From Octopus sinensis (Eukaryota): a stretch of 64,000 bases of DNA. The notes under the pieces were generated by a model. That model was not told the origin of the DNA and did no database searches. It saw only the letters and a list, made by a program, of their open reading frames with translations. Made by a program: the position numbers and the translations under genes. Positions 51,453 to 64,000 of the stretch are shown here, piece by piece; positions within the stretch are counted from its first letter, which is position 1, and every line of letters starts with the position of its first letter. Location of the stretch: contig NC_043003.1 of NCBI RefSeq assembly GCF_006345805.1, positions 82,274,001 to 82,338,000 of the forward strand. The letters run 5' to 3'.

Positions 51453-52394
51453 AATATATATGTGTGTGTGTGTGCGCGCGTGTGTGTGTGTGTATGTATA
51501 CTTACATATATCTATGTGCGTATGTATATATTCCACACTACATTAATATATATGTATATATGCTTGAGTACGTGTGAGTGAAAGACTAAGTTCTATTCTC
51601 TGTCATAATTTTGCTTTATTCTGATCAGCACAAATAATCTCTCCTCAGTCCAATTGGCAGCTGATAAGCAACGGAAAATAAATAAGGGAAATATAAGTCT
51701 TAATGATAATGTGTCTGTTACTTCAACATAAATCAATATTCAGTTTTTCATCTTACTGATATTATAGGTTCCACATGTAGACTATGGCTATTAGCAAAAG
51801 TATTAGCTTGTCCAACATTGCATATTAAGCCAATATACATATTCGTCTTGTTTAGAGTAATTTAGATGATATGGAACTAATATTTCCTGTAATTGAACAC
51901 ATGTAAACGGTGCCTAAGTTTTTCCTCATTAATACTGCTACTAATAGCCATAGTCTGCGGCCAGTGATTTTAAATAAGTATCAGAACTGGTTTTTATCCT
52001 TTTGCACGGTGGTATTTTTAATACTGCTAGGATAGCTTCATTGGTTGTTTAGAAAGAACGTCATTATTTTTCGAAGAATGGTTGGATTGATTATGCTCAA
52101 ATCAAATATTATCTTGTCTAATTTGATAATTGCTTAAAATCTCTGGTTGTATTTTACAACTGGAAAAGGAGGATTAAACTATATGTTTTGTGTAGTATCT
52201 CTTTGAGGAAATCTCAGTACGAGTGACTCGGAAAAAAGATGAGAGTGTTAGAAGTGGTAGATATGGACAGCAAGCAGAAATGTAGTTTAGATAAGTACTA
52301 GAAACCATTTTAGTAGTGGTAGACATAGTTGATAATATGAAAAGAAGATTAATCGATATCCTCACCATAGTTTCACTAAAGGTTGGCCATGTCC

Positions 52395-52636
52395 AAGTAA
52401 TGTCCGAAATTAATAAGAGACATTTAGTGCAGGTATGTCAAAAATTCCGTTCTTGCACTGAAGCAGTCTACGAAGTTGAAAGAGGATTCATAAAATAATC
52501 TCATGAGAAAGCTTATCAAGAATATGTAAACAATTTATTTATTTATTTATTTATTAAAATAGATTTTCTTTTTACAAAATTAGAGTTGTTTATTAAATTA
52601 TCAAATATATCCACAAATACGATTCGCACATCGTAC
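52395..52636 (+). mobile_element. 3' end of a decayed Tc1/mariner transposase with possible TIR remnant
   Basis: VMSEINKRHLVQVCQKFRSCTEAVYEVERGFIK* resembles the C..FR.R.EAV....GG.IE C-terminus. Confidence 0.6.
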
Positions 52637-53567
52637 GTCTTCGCTGTACTTGTCTTTATAGTGTTAATGTGTAAGATGGAGTTGAGCTACTGCTTTCAGC
52701 ACACAGTCTACATATCTACATCGATTAAACTCTCATATATTAGAAAAGTGTGCAGTGTTGCAAGCACAACTTTAGAAAAAATGTTTGATACTTAAGCGAC
52801 AAAATTTATTTCATTCTTAATCTTTTCAATATATATATGTATATATATATATATTGTATGTTGTATGTGTGTGTGTGTATGTGTTACTCAAAATATCAAT
52901 TTATGCCTGTAGACAGTGATAAAACAGGGATATCTTAAACGTGAATAAAATAAAAATTCTTTTATGTTTGTGTATAAGACTCTGAATTTATGAAAAAGCA
53001 ATTAGATATATATCCCGAGTCAACAAGTCCATGTGGTCGTCAGAAGTATACGAGCACATCAATTTACTTCCATTTGATTTGTACACAATTCAGTTAAGCT
53101 GATCTACAGTAACAGTTTCAAAACTGTTTCTGGCACTTATAATACTTATTCTTACAGCAAAGGTAGAGTAGTCTGACAATGTTTCGAATTGCATTTAATA
53201 AGCTCGAGAGGTAGAAATTACAAAATTAAATTTTTTATTATCAAATTTTATACTGGATGCCCTCACTGAATATTTTATTCATCCTTCTTAAGTCAGGTAG
53301 AATGAAACACAAGTTCTCCAGAAGAAACAATAGTATATCGAGTCCCGGAAAATGAACGGTTTTATTGCATGAATTGAAATTTTAACCAGCAGTACCTTCA
53401 GTAATGCGAACCTAAGGAGAGCCCATGATTTTTCATTACTACAATTTTCATTACATGATTTTTAAACATGCAAAACGATTGAAAGAAAATATTTCCAATG
53501 AAAGAATGTTAAATGTTTTTTACCAGTTGGAAATGACCTATAGTTACGGCAAATTATAGGTTATTTT

Positions 53568-53750
53568 ACAGAATTGTTAGCACGTCGGGCGGTTCTTCAA
53601 GACTTTAGGTTCTAAGTTTTCTGCCAAATTCCACTTGTCTTTCATAATTTCTGTGATCGATAAAATAAGTACCAGTTAGAAATATGGCTCGATATAATGG
53701 ATTTACCCTCGACTCCTAAACTTACTGTATTTTAACCAAAATTTGACACC
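53568..53750 (+). mobile_element. Decayed SINE (first family)
   Basis: CAGAATTGTTAGCACGTCGGGC...CTTTCATAATTTCTGTGATCGATAAAATAAGTACCAGTT. Confidence 0.7.
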
Positions 53751-54224
53751 GGAGATAAAATGCAGTCTACTGCATTTAATAATTAATATATTGCTTTAAC
53801 AAAAAACCAGAGTAGAAGTATTCCTAGGAAATATAATTCATTAAAAAGATCAAGTATAGCACGAACTAACATTAATGGTTTTCGTCTGAAGAAAATACAG
53901 TCATAAAATGAAATACATTTTGGCGCTGAAAGAAGAAATGATATCTAATAGTTCTAACCAGCACATATTCTCCGATGACATAAAGATTATATGTTGAATG
54001 GGCTGTTCAGTTGAAAAGCACGCGGCCCGTTTCTCTTAATTTCTTTTGCAAAAAGCAACCCCATTTTACATCTCAGATTTTTCTCGACTTACTACCTTGT
54101 CACCACAAAAATATATGAGATCGTGCAGACAGATGAGAATTCAGTACTCTAAATACTACTCAATAATTACTGGACCTTTACAAAATTGTCCTATATACCC
54201 TTCGTAACATTCGCAAGACTATTC

Positions 54225-54259
<35 letters not shown>

Positions 54260-56887
54260 AAACATTGTTAGGACTATCACTCATAACAGGTAGGTAAATA
54301 AAATAAACAATCAGTTTATCAATATATCAATATAAATTAGAAATAGAAACAAAATAAAAAGTTGAATAATTAAATGATTTAATCATTAAATGATAAATTC
54401 AATTCAATTTTATTATTTTTATGCAAACAAATGACAAATCTAGTTACAGATGTTTCTACATCATTAAAAACCGCCTTTTCTCCATATTAACAAGTTACCG
54501 TTTTAAAATATAATGAGATTTCATCAGATGGACATATCTTCGTAAATATTTTACGAAATAGCAATTAAATATTGTCATAATTGTAAACGCTTTTTATAAA
54601 AACGGTTTTTTAAAGAGCGGTCTCTGAAATTTCGTAAAATCTTAAATTCAAATCTACTAGTATCTAGATCTATAACGGATTTTGTTATATAATACACATA
54701 TGCATATACAACTATTTATATATATATACACACACACATTCATACATACACACACACACACACACACACACATACATATATATATATAAAGATATATATA
54801 GATACATATATATACCTGCATACTCACATACAGACGTTTACGTATTTATATTCATATATAACAACTGTCTCTATACCCTCCTTAAAAGAGCAACTTTTTA
54901 TTTTGTTTTATCTTATTTTACCCTCTCTTATACCCGCTTAGTATTTTACATTGTTACTTTATTTCGATATTTTATCGTTTTTTATCGCTTTTTCCGTTGA
55001 ATTAAATAATTTTTTTTTATTGTATCAATTGTTTAAAATTGTATTAATTTTATATATTTGTATTAATTTCTATTCTATCCCTTTGATTTTAATATTTTAA
55101 TTTTTATTTTTCATCTTGTATCTGTTATTTTTTTATCCATTTAAAAAATTTTCCCCCTTTCCTCCATTTTTTATCAAGCTTATATTTTATTTTATTTCTG
55201 TATACAGGCACACATACATACACACTCGTACATATACACGCGCACTAACACGCACGCACACACTCATAAACGCACATATACCTCACATATACTTCCCACA
55301 CACACACCACACACATACACACTACAAGTATACATGATAGAATTTTACGTGGAAACTATATTTTTTTTACCAAATATCCAGAGTAACGCACACGGAAGAT
55401 AGAATTGAGTAATCGCAGTAACCTTTGCAATACATGGTCTGATTAATTGTGTAAAGAAATTGAGTGTTACGTGGATAACAAGGAGCAAATAGATTGTAAG
55501 GGAGGTATAGGTTATATGATTCATATTCATAAGTGAAACTATTAGAAATCAATATCAGAAAATGTTAGAATTATAAATCAATATGATAAATATTGACTCA
55601 GAACTGAATACACCAACCAATAAATACAATCATACATCATGACTTTAAAACAACGATGTTAAATAATATTCTATAACATATGAATTGTGACTTATAAAAA
55701 GTAATATAGTATCATCATTGTATAATTCCGTTATAGTCCGTGCGTAAATTATTCACTAAATGTATGATTCGTTTAACAGAGAAAAAATTCTATTTAAGAA
55801 GTTTTAATGGACTGCACACGATATTACTTTAAAAAAAAAACGCGTTATATATGTCTGCATGTATGTGTATATATGTGTATATATGTGTTACAGTGAGAGT
55901 ATTTTGCACAGTGGTTAGATTTGTACTCACAAACGTGAGATCCTGGTTTCCGTATGTTACGTGTGGTGCACTGTACACCTGTTCATCGATTTGATGGAGA
56001 GATTGAGCTAACACACATCACGAATATTTGAATGCTATTAACAGATGCTTTGTGCAAGTTTGTTTCTGCAAGAAATTGCTGAAGCGTCTTTCTGGGATAC
56101 GAGAGACTCTCACCATGCGTATTGCAAAATAACATTTAATTACACATGAAACAATATTTCTAATTTTTAAACTTAGCCTATTTCGGTAAATTCCGGATTC
56201 ATATAACACTGATATTGAAAATTCAGTTAAACTGAGGTAGTTCATCAATCTGTAATTACAAGCTGTTGGAAACTAACTTTCTGGTCAGATAATCTCTCTT
56301 ATTGGGATAACCCCATTCACAGAAACTTTTGAGTGCATAAGAACATATGGATTATAACAGTGCTCCTTTCAATGACACTGTCTGGGATACATAAATTCGA
56401 CACTTTAATATTTGACAAAAATACTGACAGTGCTGAAAGAAGGTAAGGTATAATGATCATCCAATAGAGTACATACACGCACACACATACTTCAAACTAT
56501 CAGTCAAACATCCATGTACTAACCATTCCTCTCTGCACATGCGAAGAGACACACAACTACACAAAAGACCACCACTCCTGTAACCATGCTGCTGAATTCG
56601 TCCTATATTGCATTATACTCAAGATTATCTGATTTGACAATAAATAATCCTACATATGACTATTGTATTTTCCTCTTGAGTTTTAGATCGGTCCAGATGA
56701 TAACAACTAGGAATCTTTTCAGGCCATCGCAAATTCTCCATATAACAAAGGCTGCACCACAATGACGGGCTTTCATTCTGGGATCTAAAAATATTTCAGC
56801 CACAGTAACTACTAATCTCAACTGAAACCTAATATGGATAACAGATTATATATCTTGTATGGTGCTGTCGCTGCACACACACACGCA

Positions 56888-57155
<268 letters not shown>

Positions 57156-58468
57156 TATATATATATATATATATATAATATATATATATATATATAATAT
57201 ATATATATATATGTATGTATGTATGTATGTATATGCACTGTAGAAGACAACCTCACTAAAATAAGACTTTTATCAAAATATTCAAAACCAAGCATTATTA
57301 ATTTCCAAGTCATTGAACAAGAGGTGTTTACAGCTAACAACACTGTGGAATACAAAATAATCAATCATTATACAACCATTAAATACACTTGATATACCTA
57401 AACGTAGGTATTATAACTGTTCGATATTGAACAGGGGACAGAGAATATTCATTACGAAACATCATCAGAGCTCATATTTAGAGAGAACCTAGCCACATAA
57501 GTACAGTACACATAAACATGAAAATAGTGTTAGAAAACTAGAATCTAATATCGCAACATACTGAAAAACATTGAAATGTTTCACCAAACTAGCACTTAGA
57601 TATAATTTCAATCCATAGTCGTGGAGCTAAGGTAACTGCTGCAAATCGAAACACTATATTTAAGCATTTGAATAAAAAGTGTGTTTTTGTATTTCAAAGT
57701 TTAGCAACCATTAGCAAGAATTTTAATGCAGAATATAGCAAAGCTTCTAGAGTCAACGAGAAATTCCGATCATGCTAGAAGCTGCTTCACTATTTCCAGA
57801 TGAAGCATCTTGCAAGTTAAATATACTTTGAAACATAAAAGATATTATATAGGAGACAAATGAGAATTAGCTAACGTAGGATAATTTTAGTTCATCTAAG
57901 CGAAATTTGCGTGCGACTAGACTACACAATGACTCAGTAGGTATTGGTATTATGAAATTATTTCTAAGCGAATTAAACAAATGAAAAGAAAGGACATGAA
58001 ATATACCATATAAATATGATTTGTGATATTTGCAACTTACTGTGCTCTATAGCTAGATGCTTGCTAGCAGTTCATCTCTGCGAACAAAGACAAAAGACCG
58101 GAACAACGAGCAGAGATATTATCGGGAAAACAAAGACATATTCACAATAATTGGAGATCTTCCCTCGTTGACTTCCAATCGGATATCAATGTGATTTCAG
58201 TGTCTTAAGGTTGGATCACTACCTCTAGAAGAACCAAACAGCCTTAGAAGAAGAGAAATTGCAGAACACTGTTTGAAAATATATAAACAAAATGCTTGTA
58301 AACGGAATACACATTACCAGTTTACATGTTCCACGTAAAATGCTAACTAAAAAGGGCACACACACACGTACCATCATTTACTCAAATTTATTCAGTAATA
58401 GGATTTGTCAGAGGCGCCGAGAACAATCGGGTAGTGGGCTCAGTGCATATGAGTAAATGCAAACAGAC

Positions 58469-58562
<94 letters not shown>

Positions 58563-58639
58563 TGTGTGTGTGTGTGTATGTGTGTGTGTATACAAATATA
58601 TATATATGTATATATGTGTGTGCGTGTATGTTTGTGTGT

Positions 58640-58672
<33 letters not shown>

Positions 58673-58689
58673 GTTGAAGTACGGACCTA

Positions 58690-59165
58690 AATCCTATTGG
58701 GCAGGAGATTCTGCACAAGTTACGGACAGTAGGTATTTAGATTCCGTTAAAGTTAGAGAGTGATTTTTCGGATCATGCTGGGGGTTTATACCGAGATGTC
58801 TCATTGTTCACCGTTAGGAATGTTTCTAATATGTAATTAAATCTATATAGAAAGAAGCTTCACTGTTTTAAAATGTAATTTCGGTTTATATATCATCATA
58901 GTAAATGAAAATGAATCTGTTAACGTTCTCGATGTTAAGTTTAATTTGATTACTGGCATTTACGAACCTTATCATAAGCCTAACTCTCATATCAAATATA
59001 TTAATTCAGGAAGTAATCATCCACGTTGTATTAAGAAACTGCTAATATATAATATTTCTAAAAGAATTTCTGCCATATCTTCGTAAAGAAATTTTTGATG
59101 AGAATGCAGATTACGATACTATCGCTTTTTATAAGGCTATTCACAATAGGAAAATTGAATAGCTT
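58690..59165 (+). pseudogene. Penelope-like reverse transcriptase core remnant
   Basis: GDSAQVTD...AGGLYRDVSL (YRDD motif decayed)...SVNVLDVKFNLITGIYEPYHKPNSHIKYINSGSNHPRCIKK...ISKRISAISS, with frameshifts and stops. Confidence 0.88.
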
Positions 59166-60410
59166 AATATTTCTAGCCCTGAAGAATTATTTTTGAAGAA
59201 TTATTTTTGATTTTATTTTCTAGAAGGAAGCTGCTCAATTCATAATCGATGAGAGGATTATTTTTGTGTTCATAGGAATAAATATGCATTTAAAAATTTT
59301 ACATAAGTAGATCTTTTAAGGATGATTTATTCCATTTCATTTCATTAACCAGCTATTGATATTTTGATAATTACATTTTCACCATTTGTATTTACTCCTT
59401 ACGTAGGTTTTCTCTCATTGATTTTCCATTTCTACGTTAGCACCGTGTTATGTTAGGTTTTTTAGGTAAAGTTCATTCTAGTGTCATTTATTAGATTTAG
59501 AGATATTTATTCTAGTTTAATAAACTAATATAAGTATTAATTAAATAATCTGTTTTTAATTTATTTCCTAATCCTATGGTTTGGATAATTTATAGCTTAA
59601 ATTTTATGAATATTTCTGGTGTTGAGTGCATTTCTTCTTTCTCCCTTTTCTTCTCGCCTTTGGTTTCTTTGATACAGCGTCAACGAATATCAGCTGACCA
59701 TCCTGACCATCCTGCCAAATTTCCGCTTAATTACTCGCCAGTAGGCTATAGTAGCCAGCACCAGCTAACAGTCACTTGAGACTATCTAAGCTTCGACTGA
59801 CCAACGGAGGGGAAGGGCACGTAGTTTTAGCCCGCGCCCTCTCAAAACAGTGTCGTGTTAGTTTCAGTTCCAGCAGCCAGAGCCCACCAGCTGTTTGTTG
59901 GTACTAGCCTTCGAACCAAGAGGAGGGGGCTCTATGAACGAGACCGCTACATTGGTACACCTGTCAATCAGCGATGCCAGCCTCACCAAGGGATACTATT
60001 TTCCAGTCGACATTTTATGGCTTTCAAGACATTTTGGGTCTTCTCGCTACAGTCATATATAGAAGCTGGCTTTTTTTATTACCTCCTGTAATCTCCTTAT
60101 TACATTTCTCAGCTCTGAGCTCGAAAATGCAAACCTTCTTTTAGAAATAAATTAAATATTTATATATACTTACAGGATAGCAAAACGCAAAGACACAAAT
60201 AAATATAAATACCCCATATATCTCCGAAACAATTTTCGTAGCCTGCCTCAAGATGTGCATTCGGTCACCACAGCGAGGTAGCTGTACCATCCCGAAGTGA
60301 ATAAAATTTTCAATTTCAATAATTGAGGATAAAACTTCTAAACGGAAAAAAAATATCAGTGGCCAGTATATAAAATGAAACCAATTATTGATACAATTAA
60401 ATTGTATCCA

Positions 60411-60560
60411 TAATTATAAGTGCTTAGAAAATTTTTCTAGCCTATATTCTGAGAAATAGATTCTAAATCGTTTCACCACTTAAAAAAGTGAGAAACACAA
60501 GTTAGCAGAAATGTTTCTCAACATAAACGCTAGAAAAAAATTTCTAAGCCATTATAATTA
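60411..60560. repeat. Diverged fold-back inverted repeat with GAAAC next to the central hairpin
   Basis: TAATTATAAGTGCTTAGAAAATTTTTCTAGC pairs with GCTAGAAAAAAATTTCTAAGCCATTATAATTA; centre GTTTCACCACTT-AAAA-AAGTGAGAAAC. Confidence 0.75.
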
Positions 60561-60609
60561 TATATATTCTATTTTAGATCGGTTTAATTTGTAATGTAGT
60601 GTAATATTT

Positions 60610-60936
60610 TATTCTTTTATTCGTTTCAGTCATTTGAATGTGGTCATGCTGGAGCACCACCTTTAGTCGAGCAAATCGACCCCAGGACTTATTCTTTGTA
60701 AGCCTAGAACTTATTCTATCGGACACTTTTGCCGAAAAGCTAAGCTACAGGAATGTAAACACACCGGCATCGGTTGTGAAGCGATGTTGAGGGGACAAAT
60801 ACAGACACAAAAACACACACACATACATATACGACGGGCTTCTTTCAGTTTCTGTCTACACAATCCACTCAAAATGCTTTGGTCGGCCCGAGGCTATAGC
60901 AGAAGACACTCGCCCAACGTGCCACGCAGTGTGACT
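60610..60936 (-). mobile_element. SINE (third family), head-truncated
   Basis: TTTCAGTCATTTGAATGTGGTCATGCTGGAGCACC...CGACGGGCTTCTTTCAGTTTCTGTCTAC...GGTCGGCCCGAGGCTATAGCAGAAGACAC. Confidence 0.85.
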
Positions 60937-61424
60937 GAAATTAAAGGGATTTTTCTGCAATTATATTCTCACTTGTTTTCATTTGTTAGTAGGTAAGGGA
61001 AACTACTCGGTTTTACTTGACGGGAGCCATTTGCAAACATACGATATTCTTTTCTTGTAAAATCCTCTTATTTAATTTGAATTATGATATTGATTATGTT
61101 TTAGAGGATAACATATTGGTTTTTAATATTTTAATTAGTTAACTAATTCTTATTATTTAATAGATTATTTTTTCCATTGATTTATCTGTAGGTGGATTGT
61201 CGATGTTGTTTTGTATAGACGTTAAATGCAAATGTTGTTAACAAGTATTTATAATTTGTGAATTGTCATTTGAAGTAACAGTGTAGTGTATTTATATATT
61301 TTTCTGTTTTTTAGTGGTCTGGCGTTCGGTTAATTGTTTTCTATCATAATTTAATTGTTTGCTCCTTTCTGGCCTATTATAAAGGTCTTTATATTTGTTG
61401 GTAGAACTCATTCATTCTAACAAT

Positions 61425-61515
61425 GAATTCCAGAGGAAAAGCGTAATTTGCGAATTCAAAGTTATATTTCATTTTGTTTTGCATTAATTAGGCTTCGAAA
61501 GAACTTGTAGAATTT
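61425..61515 (+). ncRNA. Decayed type I hammerhead with long stem II
   Basis: Stem I GAATTC/GAATTT; core CAGAGGA (U4 mutated); stem II AAGC...GCTT with inner TGCGAA/TTTGCA; GAAAG-AACTT-GTA. Confidence 0.5.
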
Positions 61516-61594
61516 TGATTGGATATATGTACCATCTTGGAATAAAGTAACGTCACCACATATATTTTTTCTTTCCTTATACTTTACACACACA

Positions 61595-61676
<82 letters not shown>

Positions 61677-61785
61677 TTCTTCCCTTCTTTCCTGAGTGTC
61701 CAATAATACTTTATTTGTTCCACATCCTTGCGTTGTTGTTTTTTTGTTTTCTTGTTTGGATTAACTTTATATATATATATATATA

Positions 61786-61819
<34 letters not shown>

Positions 61820-61945
61820 CCTATATATATATATATATGCACAGTCTTGCACACACCCACACACAAACACGCACACACACATACGTGTAAGATAAACTTA
61901 CTTGGAGATGGATTCCTGGCGGGCGTTCCATTAAATGATAATAGT

Positions 61946-61992
<47 letters not shown>

Positions 61993-62081
61993 ATATATCC
62001 CAAAGTGGGGTTGTAGGGTACCGCACGAGTGGAATAATATACGAAAGAAGTTTTGAAAATGCAATTTTAAAATATTTTTAT

Positions 62082-62126
62082 TTACTTTACCGGTTTCACT
62101 CTTTGGAAAAAGTTTGTCAAAAGTAA
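62082..62126 (-). ncRNA. Minimal type I hammerhead with U3:A8 core
   Basis: TTACTT-TTGACAA-ACTTTT(TCCA)AAGAGT-GAAAC-CG-GTA-AAGTAA; perfect 6-bp stem I. Confidence 0.7.
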
Positions 62127-62710
62127 CATGTAAAAGTTTGGTTGTGTTAATTATTGGTTGTTACAATATGCTACATTACATTTATACAGTCTCTGGTAAC
62201 AAGAACATGTTAAGGACATAAAAAAGTTTAACAAGTCCCTTAAAATATTGGGCACAAAAGATTGTAACATAAATATACATTCTCAAGAAACTGTTAAAGA
62301 TAGTTTCCAGAAGGAATTATTAAAAAGTTCAGTGGGATATTGGTATAGTATCTGTATATTCAAATACGCACAGAATATTGGTTGTCACAGAGCACTACAA
62401 TATATATATATATACATTCTTTGGTAACAAGAGCATGTTAAGAACATAAAAAAGTTTAACAAGTTCATTGAAATATTGGGCACAGATACAATACCAATAT
62501 CTCACTGAACGTTTTAATAATTCCTTCTGAAAACTATCTATAACATTTTCTTGATAATGTATATTTATGTTATAATCTTTTGTGCCCAATATTTTAAGGG
62601 ACTTGTTAAACTTTCTTATGTCCTTAATATGTTCTTGTTACCAGAGACTGTATAAATGTAATGTAGCATATTGTAACAACCAATAATTAACACAACCAAA
62701 CTTTTACATG

Positions 62711-62755
62711 TTACTTTTGACAATCTTTTTCCAAAGAGTGAAACCGGTAAAGTAA
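62711..62755 (+). ncRNA. Minimal type I hammerhead with U3:A8 core (mirror copy)
   Basis: TTACTT-TTGACAA-TCTTTTTCCAAAGAGT-GAAAC-CG-GTA-AAGTAA. Confidence 0.65.
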
Positions 62756-62865
62756 ATAAACATCTTTTAAAATTGCATTTTCAAACCTTATTTCGTATAT
62801 ATATATATATATATACATCTTTGTATGTATGTATATATATATATACACACATCTTTGTATGTATG

Positions 62866-62909
<44 letters not shown>

Positions 62910-62918
62910 TAGATAGAT

Positions 62919-62957
<39 letters not shown>

Positions 62958-64000
62958 TATGTATACATATATATATACATACATACATATATATATATAT
63001 ATACATGCATATGGGTACAGGACATCATGCTCGAGAACAGGACAAGTAAGGAAAGAGAAAAAACCTTTCATCAGTTGTATGCTATCTACTCCTCCTTTCG
63101 GGCATCCGGTGACCATATGAGTCTTCAAAGACATTTGCTCCCATAAATTCTAAAATAAAATTTAAGATTTATGGAGGGTCAAAGCTAGGAACAAAAACAT
63201 GACAGTGGAGACAAACAAGGAATCCGAACGAAAACTAACATGGAGGGACGTTAAACCAAAACGAGAGAAAAAATAGTGAACGTTGTGAGAAATACTTTTT
63301 TAACAGGGGAAAGATATAAAAGAGAGAGAAAAATGTCCGCTCTTCTGAACATCTGTGCAAGAAAAGAAAGAGGGTGAAATGAGTAAAAGAAAGATGGACA
63401 TTGGTCTCGTGTGAGCAACAAGATGAGAAAAAGAGAAAGGAGGAAGAAACAGGCGGACAGATAGAAAACGTTGAAGCAGGGAGGCAGAGAAAAAGAGAAT
63501 TAGAGAAGAATGAAGAAAGAAAATAGTAGAGAGAAGAGGGTCACGTCAAAAATGTGATTATAAACTTACTTGGAAATGGAGTCTTTCAAGACTCATATTG
63601 TTCTTGAAAGCTCAAAATGAGTAGTAGATATGTAGGGTCCCTGATGAAGGGTACTTTCTCTGGATTTACTTGTCCAGTTCTCCATTGTTTTCTCGTTGCT
63701 TACGTATTTCACGTTGTTTGAACCGTTGGTGACTCCTGTACCTACATATGCATGTGCACGCCAATATATACAGATCAAACTTTGGGATTCTTCCAGGAAT
63801 GACATTTGTATGAAAGAACAGGTGCAGAGTCTAAAAGTTCACAACAGCTGTTTCAGCATGTTTTATTAATGAATACTTTGATTACTTCGCTTACATCATC
63901 CAAAAATATCTGCCCATATCATGTAATTTTAAACAAATAATCATATAGACAAGTCGAGGCTTATAATTGATGAGCTTGCTAAATGGTTATCATAATTATT

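Larger units (their letters stand above)
62037..62800. repeat. Long diverged inverted repeat (arms about 62037-62355 and 62483-62800) with a hammerhead near each outer end
   Basis: Arms are reverse complements with scattered substitutions; the spacer holds a partial direct copy (about 62420-62485) of arm sequence. Confidence 0.92.

Noticed and set aside
58040-58076. 37-nt minus-strand segment with a strong acceptor and GTAAGT donor
   Set aside because: Stops in all three frames; at best a non-coding exon, and unsupported.

Overview
This is AT-rich animal genomic DNA, very dense in microsatellites ((TA)n, (CA)n, (GATA)n, (AAT)n, (TAG)n). The tRNA-derived SINE families and repeat landscape resemble octopus or another cephalopod (inference, no database search done). 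No complete protein-coding gene is visible, and nearly all supplied ORFs are microsatellite translations. One good candidate coding exon lies on the minus strand (16672-16868), so the window may be mostly large introns. Recognisable relics are Tc1/mariner transposases, Penelope-like elements (PLE: RT and GIY-YIG), CR1-, RTE-, R4/Dong- and HERO-like LINE fragments, a non-autonomous Helitron and many SINEs. The main unexplained signal is a large set of type I hammerhead ribozyme (HHR) motifs in several unrelated short non-coding repeat families, most sitting next to (TA)n tracts. They occur as tandem 1.3-1.7-mers (440 and 562 nt units, retrozyme/circRNA-like), as fold-back palindromes that often turn inside the ribozyme's own helices, with non-canonical cores (U4C, U3:A8), and as a tRNA-headed HHR module that forms the 3' end of a PLE. 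All folds were derived by eye and none has been tested for activity.
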